A stretch of 58,174 bases of DNA from Coriobacteriales bacterium (GCA_051876075.1 JBJEHM010000037.1:5566-63739); one strand, 5' to 3'. Counted from the first letter of the stretch, positions 32,239-42,658 are shown. The notes: generated by a model from the letters alone, not told the origin. Made by a program: numbers and translations.

Positions 32239-32664
32239 CTAGAGCAGCCGCTCGACTCGCTCCTGAAAGCGCTCGCCCGCGCGCTCGTCGCTCGTGATCA
32301 CCAGGATCGTGTCGTCGCCGGCGATTGTGCCGAGCACGCCTTCGGGCATGGCAGCGTCGACCGCCGCGGCCACTCCCTGCGCCGCTCCCGGCCTGCACAG
32401 CACGATCACCTGGTTGCCGGCGCGGCGGGTCTCCCGCACTTGGGCCTTGATCACCGTGCGCAGGTGCTGCAGCTCGGGGAGCACGTAGACGCCGTTGGCG
32501 TCCTTCTCAAGGCCCAGGTCGGTCATGTCGCGGCTCACGGTGGCCTGGGTCACCTCAAAGCCCTCCTTCGCGAGCAGGTCCATCAGCTCGCGCTGGGTGC
32601 GGACTTCGTTTACCTGGATCAAAGCCGAGATAGCGGCTTTGCGGTCTTGGCGCACTGCAGACAT
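32239..32664 (-). CDS. argR: Arginine repressor
   Basis: TQATVSRDM helix-turn-helix and GTIAGDDT arginine-binding motif. Confidence 0.95.
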   Translation of the reverse strand: MSAVRQDRKAAISALIQVNEVRTQRELMDLLAKEGFEVTQATVSRDMTDLGLEKDANGVYVLPELQHLRTVIKAQVRETRRAGNQVIVLCRPGAAQGVAAAVDAAMPEGVLGTIAGDDTILVITSDERAGERFQERVERLL

Positions 32665-33624
32665 CTAGGCACCTCCCATCAGCAGGCTCAAAACGGCGGT
32701 TTGAACATGGAGCAGGTTCTCCACCTGCTCGCGCGCCGTGCAGCAGGGGTCTTGCGCGAGCTCGGCGTCAACCTCAGCCCCGCGCGCCACCGGGTGCGAC
32801 CACAGCAGCAGCGCCCCTTCGGGCGCTTGGTCCATGAGTGCGGCGTCAACAAGCGGTGCCCCGGGCCCAACAGTCACCGCCGCGGCACCCTCCAGGGCGT
32901 CTGCGGCGCTGTCCGCAACGCGGATCGCGGCTCCGGTGCGATGGGCCAGCTTCAGGCACTCTTCCAAGAGCTCCTGGTCGGGCTGGCCTCCCCCTGGTGC
33001 CCAGAGAGCGAGCTCGGCGCCCGCGAGCGCCGCCATGACCAGGTAGCTGGCCGCCAGGGGGCTCTGCGCGCTGCCCAGGAAGGCAAGCGGCGCACCTTCC
33101 AGGCCGCCCAGGTTCTCCTGCAGGGTCATGGCGTCCGCCAGTGCCTGGAGGGGCTGGGCATCCGGCCCGCCGGCGTTGACCACGGGAGCCTGTGCCCACT
33201 CCGCCAGCTCCTCGAGCAGCGCGCTGGGCGCATCGCCGGCAACGATGCACGAGCAGCACAGGTCCAGCAGCTGCGCCGCGTCTTGGGGGGCGTCTTCTCC
33301 CTGGAGGACGTCCGCACCCTCTGGCACCGGCAGGCAGCTTCCGCCAAGGCGCGCCACAGAGGCCTGCAGCGCCGTGCGGCGCGGCCATGCGGGCGCGGCC
33401 ATGAGCAGCGCGGCGGTGCTCCCCTCCATCACCAGGTCCGGGGCGACAACGCCCTGCTCTTCCTTGAGCGTGGCTGCGGTGTTGAGGATGAGGTCGAACT
33501 CATCTGGTGTGAGCTCTGCCAGGCACAACAGGTCGCGCCCCGCAAGCGAGGGCCCGCCATGGCAGGCGCTGCGCATGGCCTCCTCGATGGCGCTCAGGTC
33601 GATGTCGAAGTCGAATTCAGGCAC
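32665..33624 (-). CDS. argF: Ornithine carbamoyltransferase-like protein with degenerate catalytic motifs
   Basis: Scaffold GRDLL, ARLGG, PVVNA, PLQALAD, RGAEV and position in the arg operon; STRT, HPxQ, DxxxSMG and HCLP are not conserved. Confidence 0.75.
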   Translation of the reverse strand: MPEFDFDIDLSAIEEAMRSACHGGPSLAGRDLLCLAELTPDEFDLILNTAATLKEEQGVVAPDLVMEGSTAALLMAAPAWPRRTALQASVARLGGSCLPVPEGADVLQGEDAPQDAAQLLDLCCSCIVAGDAPSALLEELAEWAQAPVVNAGGPDAQPLQALADAMTLQENLGGLEGAPLAFLGSAQSPLAASYLVMAALAGAELALWAPGGGQPDQELLEECLKLAHRTGAAIRVADSAADALEGAAAVTVGPGAPLVDAALMDQAPEGALLLWSHPVARGAEVDAELAQDPCCTAREQVENLLHVQTAVLSLLMGGA

Positions 33625-33641
33625 GCAAGCTCCTCTCTGCG

Positions 33642-34862
33642 CTAGGCCAGCGCCGCTTCATAGCATGCGGGCAGCTTTGACAGCAGCACGTCGACGTCGT
33701 CTTCAGTGCAGACCAGCGGCGGCAAGAAGCGCAGGATGTCTGCAGCGGGGTTGTTGAGCACCAGGCCGTGGTCCAGGCCGGCCAGCACGAGCTTGCCCGC
33801 CACCGGCTTGTCAAGGCTTACGCCGCACATCAGGCCCTTGCCGCGCACCTCCGTGACAAAGGGCAGCTCGCCCAGCCGCTGGCGCAGGTAAGCACCCGTC
33901 TGGTTGACCTGCCCTGCAAAGCCCGGCTTGGACATGAAGGCGGTGACAGCCTCGCTTGCCGCGCATGCCAGCGGGCTGCCGCCAAAGGTGGTGCCGTGCA
34001 TACCGGGCTTCATCACCTGAGCAACGCCCTCGCGCGCGGCAAAGGCGCCCATGGGCACACCGCCAGCGATGCCCTTGGCCATGCTCACGATGTCCGGCTG
34101 CACGCCGTAGGTCTGGAAGGCAAAGGGCGCCCCGCAGCGGAAGAAGCCCGTCTGCACCTCGTCGAAGATGAGCAGCATGTTGTGCTCGTCGCAGATGCGG
34201 CGCGCTGCCTCCAGGTACTCCTGGGTGCAGGGCCACACGCCGCTCTCCCCCTGCACGGGCTCGAGCATCACGGCAACGGGGAGCGTGCCGTCAACAGGCG
34301 TTACCGCAGCAGCCTCCAGTGCGGCCACATCGTTCAGGGGCACGTGCGCAAAGCCCTCGGGCAGCGGGGCGAAGGGGTCCTGCTTGGCGTCTTGCGCCGT
34401 GGCGGCCAAGGTGGCGTAGGTGCGCCCGTGGAAGGACTTGTTGGCCGTGATGATGCCGTAGTTGCCGTCTGCGTGCTCCTTGCCCCAGCGGCGCGCCGTC
34501 TTGATGGCGCCCTCGTTGGCCTCTGCCCCGCTGTTCGCAAAGAAGATGCGCCAGGGCTCGCTGCCGTCCCCCTGCAGCCAGGAGGTGATGCGCTCGGCCA
34601 CGGTGCCGCGGTGCTGCACGTAGTAGTAGTTGCTCACATGGAGGAGCTTTGCGGACTGCTCCTGGATGGCGGCCACCAGGCTGGGCTCGCTGTGCCCGAT
34701 GCTCACCACACCGATGCCGCTGAGGAAGTCCAGGTACTCGCGGCCCTCGTCGTCGTAGAGGCGCATGCCGCAGCCGCGGACGAACTCCACCGGCTTGCGG
34801 GCAAAGGTCTGCATCACATGGAGCTCGTCGAGCTCCCTCTCTTTCTCGAATTCGGCGCCCAT
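33642..34862 (-). CDS. argD: Acetylornithine aminotransferase
   Basis: YLDFLSGIGV, NSGAEANE, SFHGRT, EPVQGE, FDEVQTG, AKGIAGG, HGTTFGG. Confidence 0.95.
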   Translation of the reverse strand: MGAEFEKERELDELHVMQTFARKPVEFVRGCGMRLYDDEGREYLDFLSGIGVVSIGHSEPSLVAAIQEQSAKLLHVSNYYYVQHRGTVAERITSWLQGDGSEPWRIFFANSGAEANEGAIKTARRWGKEHADGNYGIITANKSFHGRTYATLAATAQDAKQDPFAPLPEGFAHVPLNDVAALEAAAVTPVDGTLPVAVMLEPVQGESGVWPCTQEYLEAARRICDEHNMLLIFDEVQTGFFRCGAPFAFQTYGVQPDIVSMAKGIAGGVPMGAFAAREGVAQVMKPGMHGTTFGGSPLACAASEAVTAFMSKPGFAGQVNQTGAYLRQRLGELPFVTEVRGKGLMCGVSLDKPVAGKLVLAGLDHGLVLNNPAADILRFLPPLVCTEDDVDVLLSKLPACYEAALA

Positions 34863-34909
34863 GGCAGGGCTCCCTTCTCGCAGCGCCCGCGCTCGCGCAG
34901 GCGGAAGGT

Positions 34910-35911
34910 TTACAGGACGGCGCCCCCGCGGGCGTTTTGGAAGGGGCTTTCCAGCTTGGAGGCAAAGTTGCTCACCGGCGCCTCCACGAAGGTGGGGTCC
35001 ATGCCGTCTTCCAGCGAACGGACGATGAGCGTGCCCACGCCGTCGTCGGTGAAGATCTCCAGCACCAGGGAGTGCAGGATGGTCCCATTGATGATGTGCG
35101 CCTTCTGGACGCCGGCGGAAAGCGCCGTGACGCAGGCGTTGATCTTGGGGATCATCCCCTTGGAGAGCGTCCCGCTCTCTGCCAGCTCCACCGCCTCCTG
35201 CAGCGCCATGCGCAGCACCAGGGTCGACTTGTCGCTGAAGTCCGTGTAGAGGCCGTCCACATCCGTCATGAAGACGATCTTCTGGGCGCCCAGGGCCGCG
35301 GCGATCTCTCCCGCAGCCGTGTCTGCGTTGATATTGAAGTCGCCGTCATCGCCGTAGCCGACGGTTGCGATGACGGGGATGTAGTCGGCGCTGATGAGGT
35401 CCTCGATGAGGCGCGTGTCCACCTGCTCGACCTTGCCCACGCGCCCCAGCACCGGGTCGAGCTGGGAGGCCTGGATGATCTTGGCGTCTGCTCCGTTGAG
35501 ACCCACGGCGATGGCGCCGTGGGAGTTGATCGCGCGCACCAGCTCCTGGTTGACCTTGCCCACCAGGGTCATCTTGGCCACTTCCATGGTGGCTTCGTCT
35601 GTGACGCGCTGGCCGTTCTGCCAATGAACGGGAATGTCCATGCGGCCCATCATCTCGGTGATGGCCGGGCCGCCGCCGTGCACGATGACGGGGTTTGCCC
35701 CCATGAGCTTGAGCATGATGAGGTCGTTGACCACCGCTTCTCGCAGGTCCTCCTGGACCATGGCAGCGCCGCCGTACTTGATGACGACCGTCTTGCCGGT
35801 GATGTCCTCGATCCAGGGCATCATCTCCATCAGGGCCTGGGCACGCGCCGCATGGGGCAGCTCGCCCAGCTCCTTGATGCTCACTTCTTGGTATTGCTTG
35901 CAAAATATCAT
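34910..35911 (-). CDS. argB: Acetylglutamate kinase
   Basis: VIKYGGAAM, VHGGGP, GQRVTD, NINAD, TDVDG, GMIPK. Confidence 0.96.
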   Translation of the reverse strand: MIFCKQYQEVSIKELGELPHAARAQALMEMMPWIEDITGKTVVIKYGGAAMVQEDLREAVVNDLIMLKLMGANPVIVHGGGPAITEMMGRMDIPVHWQNGQRVTDEATMEVAKMTLVGKVNQELVRAINSHGAIAVGLNGADAKIIQASQLDPVLGRVGKVEQVDTRLIEDLISADYIPVIATVGYGDDGDFNINADTAAGEIAAALGAQKIVFMTDVDGLYTDFSDKSTLVLRMALQEAVELAESGTLSKGMIPKINACVTALSAGVQKAHIINGTILHSLVLEIFTDDGVGTLIVRSLEDGMDPTFVEAPVSNFASKLESPFQNARGGAVL

Positions 35912-35962
35912 GGCTTCCTTCTCGTCCTCGGTTCCCTCCGCTTGCCGGCTGCCGGGCGGCGC

Positions 35963-37186
35963 CTAGGTGCGGTAGTCGCCGTTGATGGTGATGTAGTCGT
36001 GCGTGAGGTCGCAGGTCCACATGCGGGTGGAGTGCTCGCCCGCCCCCATGTTCACGTCGATGGTGATCTCCGGCTGCTCAAAGCGGCGCAGGGCCTCGTC
36101 CTCGTCAAAGCCGCAGGGCAGCCCCGCGCGCATCACGGGCATGCCCATGATGTCGATGTCGACGTCCTCCTGCTTGAAAGTGGCCCCGCTGCGCCCCAAG
36201 GCTGCGGCGATGCGGCCCCAGTTGCAGTCGTGGCCGGCGATGGCGGTCTTCACCAGCGGAGAGTTTGCGATGGTGCGGGCCGCCCTGTCTGCATCCTGCT
36301 CGCTGGCCGCCCCGCTCACGCTGACGGTCACGAGCTTGGAGGCGCCTTCTCCGTCTGCGGCCATCTTGCGGGCGAGCGTTTCGCACAGGGCCCTGAGCGC
36401 CTGGGAAAAGACCTGGAAGCCGGCGGTGCCGGGCTGCAGCAACGGGCCTCCTGCCGCACCGTTGGCCAGGCAGAAGCAGGAGTCGTTGGTGGAGGTGTCG
36501 CTGTCAACGGTGACCTTGTTGAACGAGCAGTCGACCGCTTCCTTGAGCGCCTGGCGCAGGGCAGCGGGCTCGAGCGCGGCGTCTGTTGTGAGGACGGCGA
36601 GCATGGTGGCCATGTTGGGCATGATCATACCCGAGCCCTTGGCCATGCCGCCGATCCTGTAGCGCACGCCCTCGAGCTCAAAGCTCACGGCGCACTCCTT
36701 GGGAACGGTGTCCGTGGTCATGATGGCCTGTGCGGCGGCCGCCGCGGCCTGGGAGCTGCCGTCCAGCTCGCCAAGCAGCAGGGGCAGGCCGCTGCGGTAT
36801 GGCTCGAGGGGCAGCTGCACGCCGATGACGCCGGTAGACGCCACAAAGACCTCCCCCTGCTCCACGCCGAGCGCCTCTGCTGTGAGCCGCTGCGACTCCA
36901 AGGCGACCTCGTCCCCGGGCTTGCCCGTTGCGGCGTTGGCGTTGCCGGAGTTGAGGATGACGGCGCGGGCATGGCCGCCCTGGGCAACCGCGCGCGAGAG
37001 CTTCACGGGAGCCGCACAGAACACGTTGCAGGTGAAGGTGCCGGCGGCAACCGTGCCCTCCACGTCAGAGACGACCAATGCGACGTCCCTGCGGTTGGGG
37101 TTGGCCCTGAAGCCCGCATGGACGCCCGCAGCCCTGAAGCCCGCCGGCGCGGTGACCCCGCCCTCTATGAACTCGATAGCGCACAT
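35963..37186 (-). CDS. argJ: Bifunctional ornithine acetyltransferase / N-acetylglutamate synthase
   Basis: NSGNANA, STGVIG, IMTTDT, KGSGMIMPNMATML, DTSTND, DGEGA, INGDYRT. Confidence 0.97.
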   Translation of the reverse strand: MCAIEFIEGGVTAPAGFRAAGVHAGFRANPNRRDVALVVSDVEGTVAAGTFTCNVFCAAPVKLSRAVAQGGHARAVILNSGNANAATGKPGDEVALESQRLTAEALGVEQGEVFVASTGVIGVQLPLEPYRSGLPLLLGELDGSSQAAAAAAQAIMTTDTVPKECAVSFELEGVRYRIGGMAKGSGMIMPNMATMLAVLTTDAALEPAALRQALKEAVDCSFNKVTVDSDTSTNDSCFCLANGAAGGPLLQPGTAGFQVFSQALRALCETLARKMAADGEGASKLVTVSVSGAASEQDADRAARTIANSPLVKTAIAGHDCNWGRIAAALGRSGATFKQEDVDIDIMGMPVMRAGLPCGFDEDEALRRFEQPEITIDVNMGAGEHSTRMWTCDLTHDYITINGDYRT

Positions 37187-37235
37187 CTCGCGCTCCCCTT
37201 CTCACATGCCTGACCGCGCAGGCAGCTTGTTTCTC

Positions 37236-38285
37236 TTACACAACCGGGCAGCTGCCGTCGAGGCCGGCCGCCTCGTCGAAGCCAAAGGCGATGTTGGCCG
37301 CCTGGACCGCCTGGCCGGCAGCGCCCTTCACCAGGTTGTCGATGGCGCAGCTGGCGATGAGGATATCGCCCTGGGGGCTGAGCTTGACACCCACCTGCGC
37401 CCTGTTGCTGCCCTCGACCCAAGCCGTCTGGGGCATCATGCCCTGCGGCAGCACCGTGACGAAGGGCTCGCCCTCGTAGCGCTTGGCATAGAGCTCGTGC
37501 GCCTGCTCGTCGGTGAGGGGGCGCGCCAAGGGGAGGTAGGCGGTGGCCAGCAGCCCGCGGACCATGGGGACCAGATGCGGGGTGAAGAGCACCTCCACCG
37601 CGCGGCCGGCGCCGCGGCTGAGTGTCTGGGCAATCTCTGGCGTGTGGCGGTGGGGCAGGCCGTAGAGGCCCACGGACTCATCCGCATTGCAGAAGTGCGT
37701 CTTGGCGCTCGCCTTGCGGCCGGCGCCGCTCACCCCAGAGAGCGCGGCGATGATGACGGGGCCCTGGCCCAGCAGGCCGGCCTCGGCCAGAGGCAGGCAC
37801 GCGAGAGCGGATGCGGTGGGATAGCAGCCCGGGCAGGCGAGCACCGGGGGCTTGGCGGCAATCTGCTCGCGCGCGAGCTCGGGCAGGGCATACACCGCCT
37901 GGGCAAGCAGCTCGGTGCTAGTGTGAGGGGCGCCATACCAGGCCTCGTAGACTGCCGGGTCAGCGATGCGGTAGTCCGCAGAGAGGTCCACCACCTGCAC
38001 GCCGGCAGCCACCAGCTCGGGCGTCATGGCCAGCGAGGCCGTGTGCGGCACCGCCAGGAAGGCGACGTCTGCCCGGGCGGCCACCGCTGCGGCGTCATGG
38101 GGCTGGAACTCGAGGTCGCAGATGCCCAGCAGCGCGGGATAGAGCTCGCTCATGCGCTTGCCGGCGTCCCCGGTCGAGGTGATGCAGGTCAGCTCAAAGC
38201 CGGGATGCCCGCACAGGATGCGGACTGCCTCCGCCCCCGCGTAGCCCGCCGCCCCAACAACCGCTGCCCTCACCATGCCGACCAT
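37236..38285 (-). CDS. argC: N-acetyl-gamma-glutamyl-phosphate reductase
   Basis: GAAGYAG, DLSADYR, PGCYPT, SGVSGAG, HRHTPEI, DNLVKGAAGQA; start 38285 or 38276. Confidence 0.95.
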   Translation of the reverse strand: MVGMVRAAVVGAAGYAGAEAVRILCGHPGFELTCITSTGDAGKRMSELYPALLGICDLEFQPHDAAAVAARADVAFLAVPHTASLAMTPELVAAGVQVVDLSADYRIADPAVYEAWYGAPHTSTELLAQAVYALPELAREQIAAKPPVLACPGCYPTASALACLPLAEAGLLGQGPVIIAALSGVSGAGRKASAKTHFCNADESVGLYGLPHRHTPEIAQTLSRGAGRAVEVLFTPHLVPMVRGLLATAYLPLARPLTDEQAHELYAKRYEGEPFVTVLPQGMMPQTAWVEGSNRAQVGVKLSPQGDILIASCAIDNLVKGAAGQAVQAANIAFGFDEAAGLDGSCPVV

Positions 38286-38343
38286 CGTCCTCTCTGTACA
38301 CGTGCCAATGCAAAGGACCCGCGATAACGGGTCCGGTTTGTCA

Positions 38344-38394
38344 ATTATGCGCTTGTTCTGGAGGATATGCAATTATTTGGCATAAATATGCAAA
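38344..38394 (-). promoter_or_regulatory. arg operon promoter with ARG box
   Basis: Minus strand TTGCAT-N17-CATAAT; AT-rich palindrome core GCATAAATATGC (38380-38391) resembling the ArgR box. Confidence 0.7.
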
Positions 38395-38431
38395 AATTTA
38401 GCATTCAACGTACAGAATATGCAGTTAAACG

Positions 38432-39625
38432 CTATTCGAGCTCCTCACCGTTAACCAGCTTGCAGGTATCCCTCGCGATCATGAGCTCCTCGTTGGTGGG
38501 AACGATGAGGACCTTCACCTTGGAGCGCGGGTCACTGATGACGCTCTCCACGCTCTCTGCGCGGTTGGCCTTGTGATCGAGGATGATGCCCAAGGGCTCC
38601 AAGCCAGAGAGGATCATGCGGCGCATGCGCTCGCAGTGCTCGCCCACGCCGCCGGCAAAGGAGATGGCGTCCACGCCGCCCATAACCGCGATGTAGGAGC
38701 CGATCATCTTCTTGACGCTGTTGGAGTACATGTCGTAGGCCAGGGTGGCGCGCTTGTGGCCGGCCAAGGTGGCGGCCTTGACCACGCGGAGGTCATTGGA
38801 GAGGCCGGAGATGCCCGCCAGGCCAGACTCGCGGTTCATGAGGTTGTTGACCTCGCTGGGGGTGTAGCCCTCCTGCTCCATGAGGAAGGTGACGATGGCG
38901 GGGTCGATGTCTCCGCAGCGGGTGCCCATCATGACGCCGCCCAGCGGGGTGAAGCCCATGGAGGTGTCTGCAGAGCGGCCGTGGTCCACAGCCGTGAGAG
39001 AGCAGCCGTTGCCCAGGTGGCAGGTGATGATCTTGAGGTCCTGCAGGGGCTTGCCCAAGAGCTCCGCCGTGCGAGCAGCGATGTAGCGGTGGCTGGTGCC
39101 ATGGGCGCCGTACTTGCGGATGCCGTAGCGCTCGTAGAACTCGTAGGGCAGGGCGTACATGTAGTTGCGCGGAGCCAGGGTCTGGTGGAACGCGGTGTCG
39201 AAGACGACCGCGTTAGGCACGCCGGGCATGAGCTCCTGGCAGGCGTTGATGCACTTGAGCGCGGGCGGGTTGTGCAGGGGGGCGAGCTCAGAGAGAGCCT
39301 CGATGTCTGCGAGGACCTGGTCGTCAACGAGCACGCTCTTGTCGAACTTCTCCCCGCCGTGGACAACGCGGTGGCCGATGGCGTCGATCATGTCCAGACT
39401 GCCGAGGTCGTTGATGAGGGTCTCGATGACAACTGCCATGGCCTCGAGGTGGTTCTTCATGGGCTTGGTGATGACCTTGTTGTCATCGCTGTACCACTGC
39501 TTGCAGAAGGCGTCATCGCAGCCGACCTTCTCGCAAAGGCCCTTGGCGATGACGCTTTCGTCGTCCATGTTGATGACCTGGTACTTCAGGGAAGAGCTGC
39601 CTGCGTTGATTACGAGTACGTTCAT
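38432..39625 (-). CDS. ackA: Acetate kinase
   Basis: MNVLVINAGSSSLKY, GHRVVHGG, APLHNP, FDTAFH, HLGNG, PTNEEL; start 39625. Confidence 0.97.
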   Translation of the reverse strand: MNVLVINAGSSSLKYQVINMDDESVIAKGLCEKVGCDDAFCKQWYSDDNKVITKPMKNHLEAMAVVIETLINDLGSLDMIDAIGHRVVHGGEKFDKSVLVDDQVLADIEALSELAPLHNPPALKCINACQELMPGVPNAVVFDTAFHQTLAPRNYMYALPYEFYERYGIRKYGAHGTSHRYIAARTAELLGKPLQDLKIITCHLGNGCSLTAVDHGRSADTSMGFTPLGGVMMGTRCGDIDPAIVTFLMEQEGYTPSEVNNLMNRESGLAGISGLSNDLRVVKAATLAGHKRATLAYDMYSNSVKKMIGSYIAVMGGVDAISFAGGVGEHCERMRRMILSGLEPLGIILDHKANRAESVESVISDPRSKVKVLIVPTNEELMIARDTCKLVNGEELE

Positions 39626-39757
39626 GCTCTCTCTTTCAGAATGATGACGCCGTGCCGGCATGCGAATATCTGCTGACTCCGGCCATTCTCTCATACAGGC
39701 CCCGTGCTTCACACTCCCTTGCCTGCCAGTGGCTTGCAGCTCCTGCCCAGGAGGCGG

Positions 39758-39997
39758 CTAGCTCAGCCTGGTGTCGACCTCGTCCCCTTCGTCTGGCTGA
39801 AGCTCGCCCATGAGCACGGTGACCTTCTGCTGGGCGGTGTCGAGCTTCTTCTTCAGCGCACCGAGCAACGCCACTCCGCGCTCGTAGCTCTCTATGCTCT
39901 GCTCCAGCTCTAGCTGGTTGGACTCCAGCGCCTTGACGATGGCATCAAGCTCCATCAGACCGTCCCTGAAGCTCAGCTCCTCGATATTCTCGCTCAT
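39758..39997 (-). CDS. xseB: Exodeoxyribonuclease VII small subunit
   Basis: LSF...LDAIVKALE...LEQSIESYERG; downstream of xseA. Confidence 0.93.
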   Translation of the reverse strand: MSENIEELSFRDGLMELDAIVKALESNQLELEQSIESYERGVALLGALKKKLDTAQQKVTVLMGELQPDEGDEVDTRLS

Positions 39998-40051
39998 CCT
40001 CTTGCTCCTCGCCTTCTCTTGAACGCTTGCCTTCTTCTTTAAACGCCCCGC

Positions 40052-41419
40052 CTAGCTCTGTTGCGACGAGCCCACGGGAGTGACGCTGTTGACCGTGCAG
40101 CCCAAGCTGCCGTCCTCAACGCGCAGGGTGATGCTGCTGCCGGGGACAATACCCTCCACGCTCTTCACAATACCCGGACCCTCCCCGCTGTAGGCGATGG
40201 AGTACCCGCGCGAAAGCGTCTTCAAGGGAGAGAGAGCGTCCAGCCGAGCAGCCGCCAGCGCCAGCTTCCTGCCCTGTTCTGCCGCGATGCTGCCACCTAT
40301 GCCCTGCAGCGCACGCTGCAGCTGCCCCAGTCGCACGCTGCGCGCGGCAAGGGCGTTGGGGATGGCTTGACGCAGGCGCAGCTCTGCCATGCTAAGCTGG
40401 GCGCTGTTCTCTTTGACCAGCGCAGGCAGGGCCCGCCCCAGGCGCTCGCTGGCCATGTCGAGCCCCTGGGCCCAGGAGCCCAGCAGATAGTTTTGGTCAT
40501 GCCAGAGCGGCCGGTCCTGCAGGCGGGCCAGCCGATGCTCCAAGCCCTCTATGCGCTGGGCATAGGCGCTGTTGAGCGCGCGGGTGGCGTTCTCCACCTT
40601 GCGCGAGAGCTCCTCCACAGAAGGCGCGATGGCCTCTGCAGCCGCGGTGGGCGTTGAGCAGCGGCGGTCTGCCACCATGTCTGCAATCGAGTTGTCCGGC
40701 TCGTGGCCGATGCCAGTGACCACGGGAATGGTGCAGGCTGCCACCGCGCGCGCCAGGGCCTCGTCATTGAAGGGCATGAGATCCTCGTACGAGCCGCCGC
40801 CGCGCACCAGCAAGATGACGTCTGGAGCCGGCACCGTGGCCTGGGCCTCTGCCAGCGCCCGGCACATGTGGCGCGGGGCATCCGCGCCCTCGACCGGCAC
40901 GCCGTACACCAGGAGCTCCCCCAAGGGGTAGCGCCGGCGCAAGGTGCGCATGACGTCTTTGATGGCCTTGCCGCGTGGGGAGGTGATCACGGCGATGCGC
41001 TTGGGCAGCGCGAGCGTGCGGCGCTTGCGCGAGGGGTCCATGAGGCCCTCGGCCTGCAGGCGCTGAGCGAGCTGGGCCACACGCATGCGCAGGTTGCCTT
41101 CTCCCGCTACCTGGATCTTGCGGACGGAGAACTGCATCCTTCCCTTCGCCGGATAACAGCTGAAGTTGCCGGTGAGCTGCACCAGCATGCCCTGGGCAAG
41201 CTCCACCCCGGCGGCAGAGTAGACGTTGCGCCACATGAGGCAGGGCATGGCGCAGTTGTCATCGCGGACGGTGAAGTAGATGGCCTTGTAGCCTGGCTTG
41301 TCGCTGAACTCAGAAATCTCCCCCACCACCGTGAGGAAGATGGACTCCAGCCCGCGCTTGGCGATCTCCATTGCCTGGCTGACCGTGCAGGCCTCCTGGC
41401 CCTGCTGTTCTTCGCTCAC
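40052..41419 (-). CDS. xseA: Exodeoxyribonuclease VII large subunit
   Basis: VGEIS, RGGGSYEDL, TGIGHEPD, TPTAAAE, LSPLKTLSRGYS; GTG 41419 after AAGGAGG. Confidence 0.95.
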   Translation of the reverse strand: MSEEQQGQEACTVSQAMEIAKRGLESIFLTVVGEISEFSDKPGYKAIYFTVRDDNCAMPCLMWRNVYSAAGVELAQGMLVQLTGNFSCYPAKGRMQFSVRKIQVAGEGNLRMRVAQLAQRLQAEGLMDPSRKRRTLALPKRIAVITSPRGKAIKDVMRTLRRRYPLGELLVYGVPVEGADAPRHMCRALAEAQATVPAPDVILLVRGGGSYEDLMPFNDEALARAVAACTIPVVTGIGHEPDNSIADMVADRRCSTPTAAAEAIAPSVEELSRKVENATRALNSAYAQRIEGLEHRLARLQDRPLWHDQNYLLGSWAQGLDMASERLGRALPALVKENSAQLSMAELRLRQAIPNALAARSVRLGQLQRALQGIGGSIAAEQGRKLALAAARLDALSPLKTLSRGYSIAYSGEGPGIVKSVEGIVPGSSITLRVEDGSLGCTVNSVTPVGSSQQS

Positions 41420-41506
41420 GCGCACCTCCTTGCTCAAAGCGCTGGCCTGACGCTGTGTCTCCACAGTCTACCAAGGGGGTGTGACAGAAAAAGGGCCTTC
41501 AAAAAC

Positions 41507-42658
41507 TCAGCGCGGGACAACGCAGAGCTTGCCGCGCTCGACGCAGACGGCCAGCTTGCCCTCCATGATGGCCTCGAGCTCGCGCCCCACCATCTCGTAG
41601 CGCCAGCCATGGAGCACCTCGCACTCCTCCTTGTGGCCGTGCACCAGGCGGGCGAGGTCGTCGCGCGATGCCAAGACGGGCACTGCCACGCCGTTTTCCT
41701 TGGAGCGCACCTCCACGACCGAGGCGAGCAGGTCGACAGCACCCTCTATCTCCGGCGTGCCGTTGGGGCGCTTGGGCAGGCTGGGGTAGTCCTTGGGGTC
41801 GCGCTCGCGGCCCTTCTTGACGGCCTCGAGCACTTGGCGGGCCGTCTTGGTGGTGAGCTTGGTGTTCAGCCCGCGCACCTCCATGAGCCTGTCGATGCTC
41901 TTGGGGCTCTTGCGGGCGATCTCCACCACGGCCTCGTCTGGGATCACCCACTTGCGGGGGATGTTGCGCTGCATGGCCTCGCGCTCGCGCCAGGCAGCCA
42001 GCTCCTGGGCAACCGCCAGCTGCCCGCGGCTCAAAGACGCCACGCGCTTGACCTTGCGCCACATCTCCATGGGCTCGCTGTTGTAGCGCACTGGGTCCGC
42101 CAGCTTGGCAAAATCCGCATCCAGCCAGTGACTGCGACCCTGCTTCTCGAGCGCCTGCACCATGTGGCGGTACATCTGGGGCAGGTAGACAACGTCATCC
42201 AAAGCGTACTTGAGCTGGTTGGTGGTGAGGGGACGACGCGACCAATCCGTGTAGCTGTCCGCCTTGGCCAGGCGCACGTCGCACAGAGCCTGAACAAGCG
42301 GCCCGTAGCCAACCTGCAGGGGGAAGCCCATGAGGGCCGCCGCCATCTGCGTGTCGAAGAGCGGCGTGGGCATCACGCCCAGCTCGTGGAAGAGTATGTC
42401 GATGTCTTGGGAGCCGGAGTGGAAGATCTTCACGCAGCCCGGGTCTGCCATGATCGAGGCCAAAGGCTCCAGGCTGCGCACGGCCAGCGGGTCGATGATG
42501 GCCTGCACCTTCTCGTTGTTGAGCTGGATGAGGCAGAGCTTGGGATAGTAGGTCTTCTCGCGCAGGAACTCCGTGTCAACTGCAAGCAACTCGGAGCCCT
42601 CGAGCTCTGCCGCAAGCTCGACGAGGCCCGCCTGGGTTTCGATATACCTGCTGTCCAT
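41507..42658 (-). CDS. rnd: Ribonuclease D (DEDDy exonuclease + HRDC)
   Basis: AVDTEFLREKTYYPKLCLIQ, FDTQ, TDWSRRPL, YALDDV, AWREREA. Confidence 0.93.
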   Translation of the reverse strand: MDSRYIETQAGLVELAAELEGSELLAVDTEFLREKTYYPKLCLIQLNNEKVQAIIDPLAVRSLEPLASIMADPGCVKIFHSGSQDIDILFHELGVMPTPLFDTQMAAALMGFPLQVGYGPLVQALCDVRLAKADSYTDWSRRPLTTNQLKYALDDVVYLPQMYRHMVQALEKQGRSHWLDADFAKLADPVRYNSEPMEMWRKVKRVASLSRGQLAVAQELAAWREREAMQRNIPRKWVIPDEAVVEIARKSPKSIDRLMEVRGLNTKLTTKTARQVLEAVKKGRERDPKDYPSLPKRPNGTPEIEGAVDLLASVVEVRSKENGVAVPVLASRDDLARLVHGHKEECEVLHGWRYEMVGRELEAIMEGKLAVCVERGKLCVVPR

